From a virus (Duplodnaviria > Heunggongvirae > Uroviricota > Caudoviricetes), in the IMG/VR virus record IMGVR_UViG_3300046474_000237, positions 71,469 through 117,159 of that record: a stretch of DNA of 45,691 nt; one strand, written 5' to 3'. The position numbers were made by a program, and so were the translations under genes. The notes beneath the pieces were generated by a model. That model had not been told where the DNA came from, searched no databases, and saw only the letters and a list, made by a program, of their open reading frames with translations. Shown in pieces: positions 19,899 through 30,500 of the stretch (position 1 is its first letter; the number at the start of each line of letters is the position of its first letter).

Positions 19899-20424
19899 AC
19901 ATCTGATCAGACAGCGGTAAATCGAGTTGGGGGAACGGGACCGCTATTGAAGCCATAGCTCCGGCCACGGTAAGTATCCTTAAATAGATAACAATAGATT
20001 CTTTAGTCACATCGATACCAAGCAACTGCACAGTCTTTAATTGGCTAGCCACGTCTGAGTCAGTAGTATTCATAATGTACTGACACTGACTCTGTGCATC
20101 GGTAATCTGCTCAGTTAGATCAGCAATCAGAGTAGTGTCAGTATCTTCAACACGATTAGCATTGACAACAAAGTCAGAGAAGAATGTGCCTTGAGCTGGG
20201 ATAATAACGTTGCTACCCTTACGAGTAAATAAGATCTTAAGAAACATTTGAGCTACTTTCTGTAGACCAGTTACCTTGCGTGGTGTATCCGCAATTTCAA
20301 AAATTAACTGACTCTGCGGGAAGCCCCCTGGGAACGAAATGAACAGTAGATCATAAGTCCCGCCCTGCGGTAGATTGGAAGTTGTACCAATACGTTGGTT
20401 GAAGTTAAAGTTTAAGCCAGCCAT
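19891..20424 (-). CDS. baseplate wedge protein, gp25-like
   Basis: VTGLQKVAQ.F.K.L.T..GS......GT.F pattern, just upstream of the J-like gene. Confidence 0.6.
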   Translation of the reverse strand: MAGLNFNFNQRIGTTSNLPQGGTYDLLFISFPGGFPQSQLIFEIADTPRKVTGLQKVAQMFLKILFTRKGSNVIIPAQGTFFSDFVVNANRVEDTDTTLIADLTEQITDAQSQCQYIMNTTDSDVASQLKTVQLLGIDVTKESIVIYLRILTVAGAMASIAVPFPQLDLPLSDQMSK

Positions 20425-20816
20425 TACATTGTACCTCCAGGTGTTACGATACCACTCAGCGTGCTAACAGTCGAAGTTTTAAGAGTCGAATAGTAATTCG
20501 ATTCATCAGTTGCTTCGCCTTGACCATCACCGTAGTAATCGCCTTTGTTCTTTGTTCTCATAGCAAATTCACGTAACACTGAAGTGATGTGATGAATACT
20601 CTCAATAGCAGCTCCGTTTGGGTAATTGGAACTGCCTGATTGAGCCATCGCTGTTACTCGGTGAAGCTCAGAAAAATCGATGGTTGTAACGTAATCGTTG
20701 AAATCCGGACAAGCGCCTCCATTGGCAAGGTATGCCGTCATGTCAGAGAAGTATTTAGCCAAACTGTTATAAATCGTTTGAGCTTGGCCTACTGCCGAAT
20801 TAGCGTCGATTGCCAT
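20424..20816 (-). CDS. hypothetical protein
   Basis: 130-aa ORF, translationally coupled on both sides. Confidence 0.6.
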   Translation of the reverse strand: MAIDANSAVGQAQTIYNSLAKYFSDMTAYLANGGACPDFNDYVTTIDFSELHRVTAMAQSGSSNYPNGAAIESIHHITSVLREFAMRTKNKGDYYGDGQGEATDESNYYSTLKTSTVSTLSGIVTPGGTM

Positions 20817-21532
20817 TATAGTCCGATTTCTTTCTTAGTTTTATCGATTTTATTAATCAACTGTTTCTTAATGTAATTGTAGCGATTAATGTTCACACCT
20901 AGCTTTGCTGCGATTTGTGGTGCTGGCATTTCTTTTACATTATCAAGAATAAATTTTTCATCAGGAGTTAGCTGACTTAGGAGATACTCCATAAGCTCGG
21001 CATTCTCGTTGTATTGCGTAAACTCAGCTGGTTTATCCGATGCTGATTCACTCAAGTCAGAGTATAGAGAATTCTTGTATTTTACAACTTGAGCTTTGGA
21101 CCAGCCAAGAGACTTAGCTAGTTCTTCTTCGGTTGGATCACGATTGAGCTGATCTGCCAATTCTTGATTGCTAGCGTTCCATTGACGGTACAATAGCTGC
21201 ATATTTTCCGGAAGACGAACAGCATTTTGATATTTGTAATTTAGTCTTCGAACACGCTGGAGATAGTTCGTTACGTGAGTCGATAACTGCGTACCCTTTG
21301 AAGGATCGTAGGTCTTAATACCATTGATAGCCCATTTTTTAGCTTCTGCACTCAAAGCAGCGCTAGGAAGACTACCTGATTGACGATTAACTTCTTGGAA
21401 GATAACGCCACTGAGCTGATTTACAAGCTTGCCAAGATCATGCTTACTACCAGTCTGTTTCCATTGGTCAAACAGTTCTCGGTCTTTTGATCGATAATCG
21501 ATAAACTCTGGCTTTGCTGTTTCTTCTGTCAT
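20816..21532 (-). CDS. sigma70-family RNA polymerase sigma factor (group 3-like)
   Basis: Region 2 (KTYDPSKGTQLSTHV), region 3 (VRLPE...LNRDPTEEELAKSLG) and region 4 HTH (LTPDEK.IL...IAAKLGVN). Confidence 0.88.
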   Translation of the reverse strand: MTEETAKPEFIDYRSKDRELFDQWKQTGSKHDLGKLVNQLSGVIFQEVNRQSGSLPSAALSAEAKKWAINGIKTYDPSKGTQLSTHVTNYLQRVRRLNYKYQNAVRLPENMQLLYRQWNASNQELADQLNRDPTEEELAKSLGWSKAQVVKYKNSLYSDLSESASDKPAEFTQYNENAELMEYLLSQLTPDEKFILDNVKEMPAPQIAAKLGVNINRYNYIKKQLINKIDKTKKEIGL

Positions 21533-21759
21533 TATAAGTAAACGCTGTAGTTGCTGTATACGCTATTTACATACCCAATCATATAGGCTTGTAGTCTAGC
21601 GGAAAATTTCTGCATCACGAAACAATCGTCTGCCCAGGATGTATCCGACAACATCCCAGATTGGTAAATGTTTGTCGGGATATTAACGCTTCTAGGCAGC
21701 CCGCCTTTAACTTCTCCAAGGGCTGCGAATCCATCTGTAATAGTTGATGCAATTGTCAT
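21532..21759 (-). CDS. hypothetical protein
   Basis: 75-aa ORF coupled to the sigma gene. Confidence 0.55.
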   Translation of the reverse strand: MTIASTITDGFAALGEVKGGLPRSVNIPTNIYQSGMLSDTSWADDCFVMQKFSARLQAYMIGYVNSVYSNYSVYL

Positions 21760-21775
21760 AGTGTTATTTTACTCC

Positions 21776-24700
21776 TTAAGCTACGTGACCGCCAACTTCA
21801 GAAGAACTAGTTGTGTTATCTGGAGTCTTGGCCGTAGCCTGAGAATTGTTAATGAAGTCAGCAACTTCCTGATAATCCAAGAACAAGCTAGCACCAGGTT
21901 CAAGCAGTGTTGCAGAATCAAGTGCAGGGTTCTGATAGCTAATTGACGTTGGGTTGTAGTTAGCCGTAGTCAAATCGATAAATGTAATGCCAAACTTCGT
22001 TTGAATACTCTTCTTGCCCTCAATAGGTCTCATTACAAGACGTAGATTCCCCACAGCTGTCAAGAAGTCATTTCCCTCACCACCATTGGCAGTAGGCCTA
22101 GACGTTTCAGTGCTCTCAACAAGTAATCCGGAAACTCTCTTGACTGGAATAACCCGACCCATGTCAAAATCGTATAGATCATCAATAGCTACTGCGTTAA
22201 CACCAAGCACACTCTTATAGAATGCATCGGCTGTAGCCTTAGCTGCTTCGTTGAATAGAATTGTACTATTCACTGTCAAATCATCTGGCGGATTGCCGTA
22301 TCCATCACCATCTGTTGAAGACTTGCCTGACTGACCTGGCTCAGTATTAACAATGTTAAGCGCAGTTTGAAGCCAAGGATGTAGTGGCTGCATGAAGTAG
22401 TTAACCATCTCAGTATACGTACATGCTGCAACGAAGCCAATGCTTGTCGAAATGCCACGTGAAGTAAATGAGTGAGTCACTGATGAGCACATTGCATGGA
22501 AGCTTGGCGCATTCGGTGAATCATCCAGAATCTCCATCGGGTAGCCTGGAACAATATATGGATTGAAAATAGCATCAACGTTGCCCATACGGGAAGCAAC
22601 CACAGCTTTCGTATACTCATAATCTGCCGTAGCAAAGAGTAAGCGTTGAAAAGGATGGATATCAGATTTCTGTGAATATGGGTCTAGCGAATCCTTATCT
22701 GTGTTACGAGTATCTTCTGACGTGCCATCATCAAAGACTGTAACGTCGAAACCATAACGATCAATCCACGCTGCATGCAAATCACACAACGCTTTGTAGT
22801 CTGGATCAGTCTTATCTGGCCATGCTTCATTGTTCGGTGAACCAAGGTCTTGAATCTTACCCTTGAGTAATTGAGCAAGCCAGTTAGGCAGGGTAATACG
22901 CTTATGTCTAACGCCACGACCTACTTCATATTTACCAGGCACATTAAATGATTGACCAGTAGTTCCCTGTAGGTTTACTTGGAAATTTGTACCCTTAGCA
23001 GCATTTGCCATTGCAGCACCATAAGCAATCGCTTCACGAATAGAATTCGGAGCACGGTACTGGCTACCAACTTGGCCTTGACTCCCAGGAATGATATCTG
23101 AGAATGCCGTGAGTCGGCTAGGAATCTGCGACTCATCTTGAGTAACGTTGATTGTTCCGTACATCTTGGGAAACAGCACGTTACAAATAGGGCTATAGTA
23201 AAACGGTATTTGTGGCTTAATGATTGTCTCAATAGCCATTTTATCAATCGTAGCGTACGTTGACGGAATGTCCAGATTACCTACGTCAGCATTAGGATCA
23301 AGCGGAACTTCAGCGGGGCTTGCCAATGTCAGAATCTCATATTCTACTGCTGAATAGAAATCAGAGAACATTTGCAGGAACGTAGTCATCTCACCTGAGA
23401 AACCAAGCATGTTGCCAATAGTACTAACTGCGAGTGAAGACTTAATTGCTGAAATGCTGTTAAGCCTGTACGCAGGCGGAACCATTACTGGCTTAGCCGT
23501 AGCTGATGGCGTGACTCCACCTGGACAATAGTCCTGTTTGCTAGAATCGATAATACTTTCGATTACTGTGTGTCCAGCAAGACGGTCGAAGAAGCCCAGG
23601 CCATCCTCAACGAGAGGAATGTACATGTCAGCCATAATCGTATTAAGCGTCACATCGGTATAGCATTCCTTCTTCAGTTGATTCCAGAAGTTCATGATAG
23701 CAGACGGCATACCCTTCAGTCTGTTTTCAAAGTTCTGGAAACGCTTGCTAAGCTTCGATACGTCGGCCTGAGACACGTTTGTGTTACTCGGGTCCAGTAA
23801 GTCTTTGGAATCGCTCTGAACGCCTGTAATCCCCTGCAAAGCCCTAATAATTGCGAGGGTTGAGTTTAGATTGTTAACCTTGGCTGTAGCCTGTTCCGGA
23901 TTAGGATCGTTCAGGATCGTAGTAGCGTTTGAAGCGTATCCAGAGAACTCTAAAGTCACAGTGGTAAGCAGGGCATTTTTATGTTCACAATGAAACGTAA
24001 TGCTTGAGCTACTATTCATACGTGACTTTGAATAGTTACCAACCAAGATATGTCCCCAAAATAAGAGACGGTCTCCACCATAGTTCTTATCACTATAGAA
24101 GATATGTACTTTCGGTTGATAATAGCGAGCTATATCAAGCAGACCTGGCTGCGGTGGAATCTGAATACTTGCAGTAGGGAGTGAACCAATGCCTTGAGAA
24201 ATAGAAATAGCCTCGAAGGGAACTTGAACACCCTCGATGTATAACTTGATATCTTGATAGATTAAGTCGGTATTGTTTACATTGCCGTCTACTTGACCTT
24301 CATTCTCTGCTGAAATACCTGCATTGGCAAATACACTTGCGGCAGCAGACTGAGCATCAGTAGCGCCAGAAACAAGGCCGATAGCTGAGTTTGCAGCATT
24401 ACCGATTGCGCTCTTAGCAGCAACAATGCTTGCAACTGTACTGTTCACTGAAGAAACTGCGGAGTTAACTGTGTTCGTAGCTGTGTTGTATACAGACGTG
24501 ACTAGAGCATCAGCAGTGTTACCTGCTTGCACAAGCGCGGCATTTCCCAAACTCAGGGCAGGGGCTACAAAGTTACCATCAATAGCTGATAGCGAATTTC
24601 CAAAATTGCTTACACCATTCGAGATAGACTGTGTTGCAGCACTTTGAATGTCGAAAAGGGTTACGCTAGTAGCTGAAGGGAAGGCAGAGTTAAAACTTGA

Positions 24701-24991
24701 ATCTACAGCAGCATACGCAGTGTTCGTAGCTGTTGCGATAGCGTTTTGTTGAGCAGGACCTGTGGATTGAGACAAGGCGAAGTTACTCATCTGGGTTACA
24801 GGAGAATACAGCTGGCTGCTGTAGTCTGTGCTTCCAAGAGAGGTATTTACTGATGACAGTGTTTGATTACGAATACTATTAATCGACGTTCCAGCCTGTG
24901 AGAAGGTCGTACTCGTAATCTTTGAAAGTCCCTTGTTCTGGGACATCACTGTGTTGATTGTTACGTTTTTAATTGCGTCGAATAAAGACAT
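21776..24991 (-). CDS. baseplate hub / tail-associated protein
   Basis: 1071 aa. S/A/N-rich N-terminus, then IKLYIEGVQVPFEAISISQG...PTASIQIPP and late NPYIVPG.P...V.H..T motifs of hub proteins. Confidence 0.6.
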   Translation of the reverse strand: MSLFDAIKNVTINTVMSQNKGLSKITSTTFSQAGTSINSIRNQTLSSVNTSLGSTDYSSQLYSPVTQMSNFALSQSTGPAQQNAIATATNTAYAAVDSSFNSAFPSATSVTLFDIQSAATQSISNGVSNFGNSLSAIDGNFVAPALSLGNAALVQAGNTADALVTSVYNTATNTVNSAVSSVNSTVASIVAAKSAIGNAANSAIGLVSGATDAQSAAASVFANAGISAENEGQVDGNVNNTDLIYQDIKLYIEGVQVPFEAISISQGIGSLPTASIQIPPQPGLLDIARYYQPKVHIFYSDKNYGGDRLLFWGHILVGNYSKSRMNSSSSITFHCEHKNALLTTVTLEFSGYASNATTILNDPNPEQATAKVNNLNSTLAIIRALQGITGVQSDSKDLLDPSNTNVSQADVSKLSKRFQNFENRLKGMPSAIMNFWNQLKKECYTDVTLNTIMADMYIPLVEDGLGFFDRLAGHTVIESIIDSSKQDYCPGGVTPSATAKPVMVPPAYRLNSISAIKSSLAVSTIGNMLGFSGEMTTFLQMFSDFYSAVEYEILTLASPAEVPLDPNADVGNLDIPSTYATIDKMAIETIIKPQIPFYYSPICNVLFPKMYGTINVTQDESQIPSRLTAFSDIIPGSQGQVGSQYRAPNSIREAIAYGAAMANAAKGTNFQVNLQGTTGQSFNVPGKYEVGRGVRHKRITLPNWLAQLLKGKIQDLGSPNNEAWPDKTDPDYKALCDLHAAWIDRYGFDVTVFDDGTSEDTRNTDKDSLDPYSQKSDIHPFQRLLFATADYEYTKAVVASRMGNVDAIFNPYIVPGYPMEILDDSPNAPSFHAMCSSVTHSFTSRGISTSIGFVAACTYTEMVNYFMQPLHPWLQTALNIVNTEPGQSGKSSTDGDGYGNPPDDLTVNSTILFNEAAKATADAFYKSVLGVNAVAIDDLYDFDMGRVIPVKRVSGLLVESTETSRPTANGGEGNDFLTAVGNLRLVMRPIEGKKSIQTKFGITFIDLTTANYNPTSISYQNPALDSATLLEPGASLFLDYQEVADFINNSQATAKTPDNTTSSSEVGGHVA

Positions 24992-24993
24992 TG

Positions 24994-25845
24994 TTAGGTC
25001 ACGTTAGCATAGATACAATTGATAGCTATAACGTACAGCGTTTTTTCTAACGTATCGTTAATCGTATCTAGATAATCCCTGTAATCTTGTGGGATCAAAT
25101 CTACTTCCTTTGTATACTCTACAACTAATTCTAGCTTATTCTGAGGAATTAAGCTACCCAACAGAAGTGATCTGATTGGCAACAGTTGAGAAGGAAGTGG
25201 CTTCATTCCAAGAATAGAGCCGGAATATGACTTTGCTAAGAAAACTAGGTACGGAGCCCTGTTGTAACTTGAATAGTGAACTACTACGTTATTGTCTTGA
25301 GCCAGAGGCGTATTAAATGTCAGAATCGAATTAGCAATTGAGTACGTGTTTGAATTCTGAATTACCCCATCCACATAAATATACGTAAACTGATACGTAT
25401 TATCAGCAACGGTTAATGCCCACTGGTTTTCACCAGCAGCGGCCTTAATAACATCAGTAGATGAAAAGTATTCAGGTTGAATAGTTACCCGAGTTCCCAC
25501 TGCAGGTATTGGCAGTAGCTGATTGGTAGCATGGTAACACGCTTGGCATACACCTGCTTTAGCAATGCACGTTGAAAGCGTACGAGTTGCTACGGTGTAT
25601 GTTCCAGTAAATAGTAACTGATCGATACGATCACGGCTAATGATTTGACCAGTAGCTAATTCCACAGCACCTTCTAGTTCATAATTAACAGTTTGAATTT
25701 CACCCAACGTCGTATTGCAGTCAGTAGTTACGATTGGAACATTGGGTGTGAATATCATACTGGCGAGACTAGTCACGTCCTTATTCTGATTAGGGACGAA
25801 GTCGTATATGTCTTCAAAAACTAAAAGGCTTGAATAGCTTCTCAT
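24994..25845 (-). CDS. protein with an RNA polymerase beta-prime-like Zn-binding domain plus a virion-type beta module
   Basis: TTDCNTTLG ... RTLSTCIAKAGVCQACY matches the DCGT..G...RS..sC....GVC..CY Zn site of RpoC. Then YVDGVIQ...Y......LTF..P. Confidence 0.6.
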   Translation of the reverse strand: MRSYSSLLVFEDIYDFVPNQNKDVTSLASMIFTPNVPIVTTDCNTTLGEIQTVNYELEGAVELATGQIISRDRIDQLLFTGTYTVATRTLSTCIAKAGVCQACYHATNQLLPIPAVGTRVTIQPEYFSSTDVIKAAAGENQWALTVADNTYQFTYIYVDGVIQNSNTYSIANSILTFNTPLAQDNNVVVHYSSYNRAPYLVFLAKSYSGSILGMKPLPSQLLPIRSLLLGSLIPQNKLELVVEYTKEVDLIPQDYRDYLDTINDTLEKTLYVIAINCIYANVT

Positions 25846-27320
25846 AGGGATGCGCCTGCTTGTGCTGTGTATTTCTTACCTGAATTTAGCAATGCCAGTT
25901 TCGACGGACTAGATCCTGAAGATGACAAGCTTGCCATAGGCCTATTCTGTAGATACCCGGTTGTAATAGGTAATCTACCTGAGTTGACCAATTCTCCGAT
26001 TGACTGAGAGATAGTCTTTGGTGCGCTGGAAATTACCCCTGCTGCATTTTTAAGATTACCCAGTGCAATACGTACTTGGTTATCAATAGATGTAACCTGG
26101 CCTGTTAGACCTTGAATCGTATGATTAACAAGATTAACAATGCCTACTGCTTGATTGCTGATATCCGAAACAGCACGGATTATATCACGGACAGGACTTG
26201 TAAGAGCATTGAAGATTGAGTTGATAGACCCCATTGCATTCTTAACAAGTTTAGTCAGAGACGAAAGCACACCATAAATAGGTGAGAACAGGCTTGCACG
26301 TAGGCCAGTAAGGTTTGCACTTACACTTGAGAAAATGCCAGAAACCGTATCTCCAGCGCTGCTTAGAGCTGAGCCTACTGTAGAGCTTGAACCTGAGCCA
26401 TCCGTCGTAAAACCAAAAGTATTATTACCAACCCCGAAGCTATTGTTTATATCAGAGATACCTGCGCTAAGACCTGAACCAATGCCAGTAATACCAGCTG
26501 CGATCTGGCCTGAAGTTGAAGTAGGATCTTGAATCAAGCTTTGTAGTGAAGACATGCTATTCTTAACCGTGTTAATGCCTGCCTGACTAACGAAGTTAGG
26601 AATAGCATCGAAGTTGATTAAGCCACTGTCTGCTGACGTAGGAACGCCAGGTACACGAATAGCAATAGGTACAAGCTGTTTAACCAAGAATTGGAATGAG
26701 AACTGAACGTCAGTATCACGCTGTGAGTTTTGACCCCAGTCAACGTGAGTGAAAGATCCAATTACATACATGTTTGGCAAGACGAGCTTAACTAACTCGT
26801 AGTTACGAGCTAGTTCTGTGCCTCGAAGCACTTGACCATACATGCTTAAGAATTCTGTAAACCAACCGTTATCTTGGCTATCAAAGATGTAGCCAGATAT
26901 ATTCATCATTACAGGTTGACGGCCAAAATAATAGACCACTTCACCATCACCGAAAGTTTCAGTGATTTGAAGTTTTTCATCAAGGCTACAACGGATATCG
27001 GTTACGAAGAAATTAGCGTAGCCACCATAACTGTTATTACCATTAATAGCATTATCAAGAGGGCCACCGCTAGCGGATAGTGATGAGCCTCCTAGTCCTT
27101 CGTTATGACCAGTTTGACGGTTCAGTGATGCAGAGCCATCTGTAGTTAACAGGCGAATATAAGCACGGCTACCTCTATCTCCACCACCTACGTTAGCAGT
27201 GTTAGTGCCACGAGGGCGAAGGGTAAATAACCGTTCTGTTTGGGTTACGGTTCCGTTACTGTTCTGAACACTGTTAGAACTTGAAATAACTGAATCGCCA
27301 AACGTTAATTGAGTAGCCAT
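25842..27320 (-). CDS. tail tube initiator / tail completion-like protein
   Basis: EKLQITETFG....YYFGRQP..M.ISG N-terminal domain and a Ser/Gly-rich helical C-terminus, after the tape measure gene. Confidence 0.5.
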   Translation of the reverse strand: MATQLTFGDSVISSSNSVQNSNGTVTQTERLFTLRPRGTNTANVGGGDRGSRAYIRLLTTDGSASLNRQTGHNEGLGGSSLSASGGPLDNAINGNNSYGGYANFFVTDIRCSLDEKLQITETFGDGEVVYYFGRQPVMMNISGYIFDSQDNGWFTEFLSMYGQVLRGTELARNYELVKLVLPNMYVIGSFTHVDWGQNSQRDTDVQFSFQFLVKQLVPIAIRVPGVPTSADSGLINFDAIPNFVSQAGINTVKNSMSSLQSLIQDPTSTSGQIAAGITGIGSGLSAGISDINNSFGVGNNTFGFTTDGSGSSSTVGSALSSAGDTVSGIFSSVSANLTGLRASLFSPIYGVLSSLTKLVKNAMGSINSIFNALTSPVRDIIRAVSDISNQAVGIVNLVNHTIQGLTGQVTSIDNQVRIALGNLKNAAGVISSAPKTISQSIGELVNSGRLPITTGYLQNRPMASLSSSGSSPSKLALLNSGKKYTAQAGASL

Positions 27321-27547
27321 TATTCTGTAACCTTAAAGTCTGTAACTTGCAATACGACCGCCTGAGTCAATGTTTCTAACTGACCATCTAGTCCGCCAAG
27401 CTGAGGAGGTACGTATGATAACCCTTGAGCTGTGTAGCGAATATTATCAATAGCGCCCTTTACTTGATTTAAGTAAATCTCATACGGAGACATAATCATG
27501 AACCGTGGCGAAATATATGAGCTTGTAGATTTAGTGATGATTGGCAT
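27320..27547 (-). CDS. hypothetical protein
   Basis: 75-aa ORF coupled to the downstream gene. Confidence 0.55.
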   Translation of the reverse strand: MPIITKSTSSYISPRFMIMSPYEIYLNQVKGAIDNIRYTAQGLSYVPPQLGGLDGQLETLTQAVVLQVTDFKVTE

Positions 27548-27564
27548 GATCGTATTTTACCCCT

Positions 27565-30500
27565 TTATTTTGGTGCGCCATTGTTACGCTGATTGTTAGA
27601 TCCGGCAGTTGATGGAGGAGGATTATTAAACCAGTTCATAGGATTAAGACTTCCACCCGGAGCTTGGTTAGCAATTTTATCCGCAGCTTGACCAAGTTTA
27701 TCTGCTGCACCATCCAGCTTCTCAGTTGCAATCTTGAAGTTGTCGTTGTTCTTCTTAGAGTCTAAATTGTTCAGGATGTTTTGAGTAGTTGCGAAGTCGT
27801 ATCGACCTGAAGCAATCTTCTCATAAGCCTTAGCATTTTCTTGGCCTTCTAAATCCAGATGCTGCTGGAAACCTACTACATCACGTAGATCCTGATCAGT
27901 AGCTCCCTTCAGACCCTCAGTTTTAAGCTTACCACCTGCTGCATACCCAAGTTGTTTAGAGACGATGTTTTCCATCGCTGATTGATCACCTGACTTCATT
28001 GCTGCAATGAACTGAGCACGCTGATCCTTATCTTGAATACGATTAGGATTCTTCTTGAAGTCATCAACGTTAAAGCTACCGTTATAAGCCAGTGAGCCTA
28101 TCTGTCCGAGACCTTGCTCAACTGCACGCTTATATGAAGTAGTGATATACGTAACAGCATCCTGATCGCTACGACCTCCAACTAGACCCTTTACTTGGTC
28201 GTAATTACCACTATCAAGCATATCTCTAATTTCTTGCTGGTTAGCACCACCTGCAATTTTATTTGCAAGGTCTGAAATCTGACCGATAGCGTTTACTGAA
28301 TCAAGGAAGTTCTTCCGATGACTTTCCGGGATCTTCTCAGCGCCCAAAGCTTTGGTAATGTCACCCATCAAACCAGTTACACGGCCTTGATCGTTAGCAA
28401 CGGTCTCTTTGTGAACACCAAACGAGTCTACGTCATCTAGGAATGAATCATAGTTGCCTACAGACGCACTAGAACCCACCTCAGTGAGTCTGCCAGAGAC
28501 GTCGGCTAGGTCGGCCTTATTCTCCTTCAACAACGTCGCCAAGGCCCTGCTTCTGCTCTTTCTGTCCGTAGCATTAATGAAGGCTTGAGCGTTCTTATTC
28601 CCACCCTTAGCCATGTCATTGATACGTTGAGTCATCTTTGTTGAGTCACTGCCCATCAAAGTGTCGCCATTGTATAACCTGCTACCTACACGACCAAGGT
28701 CAGTAAGTGTGCGGCTTGAAAAGAAGTCATGGCCATCATTAATGAGATTAATGTTAGTAGTTTGAGGCGTGTTCTTGTTAACAACCGGGCCTGTAGGACT
28801 AATAGTATCAATTACCTTGTCCATATCAGCCGGGGTGTAGTTGTTTCCAAACGAAGCACCGAACTGAATCCAGTCTGCTCCTCTCTGAACACCTTCGCCA
28901 AACACTGCTGAACCATCAGCCATCCAGCCTGCAGCCTCGCCGCTAAGTGAAGTAAGATTACGACCGCCTTTTAGTATGCTATGTACTGCACCACCGATCT
29001 TGCCGCCATACAGATAGTTCTGTGATACGTACTGACGTAGCTGTTTCTGTGTTTGAGCATTACGAGCTTTAATGCCTTGGCGGTATGTGCCAGTATCAGA
29101 CTCAGCAGTACGTTGTGCAATGTATGCCTGAATCTCGTCATCAGACATGCCCATAACGCCTGACATAACACCAGCCATGTCTTCTGCGCTGTATTTTCCG
29201 TCTGGACCCTTCTGTGTTGCCATTGAATCGAGAATAGACGTAATCTGGTCTTCTAGAGCCAGCGAACCACGCTCATCCAATTGTTTACCAGCCATAACGC
29301 GGCTGTATAGGTGCATTCCACCAAACGCCTTCATAGGGTTACGACTAAAGTCTGAACCGAACTGTGAAGTAACGTTGGTAACACTCATCCCTGGACCTGA
29401 GCCAGTTGAACCGCCTCGTCCATTGATATATTGATTGTACATTGCCATTTTATTAAGCAATGTCTGTGAACCATTGATCTGTGCTGTAAGCGAAGCTTGT
29501 GTTGCGCCCTCAACTCCGCCCATACGAGCGATTTGAGATGTGTTTAGAACACCGTTGCGTCTAGCTGTATCGAATGAACCAATGATATTCGCAGCAGCCA
29601 TTTGACCAAGGTAAGGCGTCATGCCGTTAGCCTGATACAGATACTGGCCTTGAGCACCTACAGTGTTCATGATGTTCTGCACGCTACGGCCAGACACAGC
29701 TGCGCTCAAGCCTAGAGACATAAATGCTCTTGAAGCTTGGCTGTTAGGACCCGTAACTGAGGCACCAGCACCGTGTAGCTTTGCTATTTCCTCGATTGCG
29801 TTCTTGATCGATGGATCACCAGCAATAGCCATTACAAGCTTTACTTGTTCAGCTACGTCTTTGACACGCTGGCTAATTTGTTTAGCCTTGGTGTCATCCA
29901 GCATACCAGAACGTGCAGTCCAGTCAGCAATGTTTGCATACTCGCCTGTAGAGAAGGTAAAGTCATTGATACCTTGACGAGTAATTTCCTTAGCTATCTG
30001 AGTTGACTCACGGTAGCCTAGACCTTGTCCGGTAACAGCATTACCCTGTGCATCTCCGAAGGTTACGCCTTGGAAATTGTCACGTAGATCTCTGGCTTCA
30101 CGGCGAGTATTGATATAAGGATTGAAAATACCTTTTTGACCTGCAGTCATAATCCCTTGACCGACGGCTACAGGTAACAGGAATCTACCAGCTAGACTAC
30201 CGATGCCTCCAAGAGCGCCTGTCAGACCTCTACCAACTACGCTAGGCATGTATCTACCCATTCCTGAAGAAATACCTGCTCCAAGAGCGCGGCCTGTAGC
30301 TCCACCTGCCCAAGCACCTACACCTGACGTATACTTGAACGCCATACCAAAGCCAATAGCAGGCGCAGCTATACGTTGACCAGCCCAGACTACTGAATCG
30401 AATGGGCGTGTAGATACCCCCTCGACAGTCTGAGTATTATTGTCAATAGGATTTCCGTACCTAGGCTCTGACGCCGTAGGATTGATGATGTTATTGACAC

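Noticed and set aside
24994-25845. A functional split phage RNA polymerase subunit (phiKZ-like)
   Set aside because: Only the Zn-binding segment is recognisable. There is no catalytic DxDGD motif and no other RNAP subunit in the window, so I report it only as a domain resemblance.
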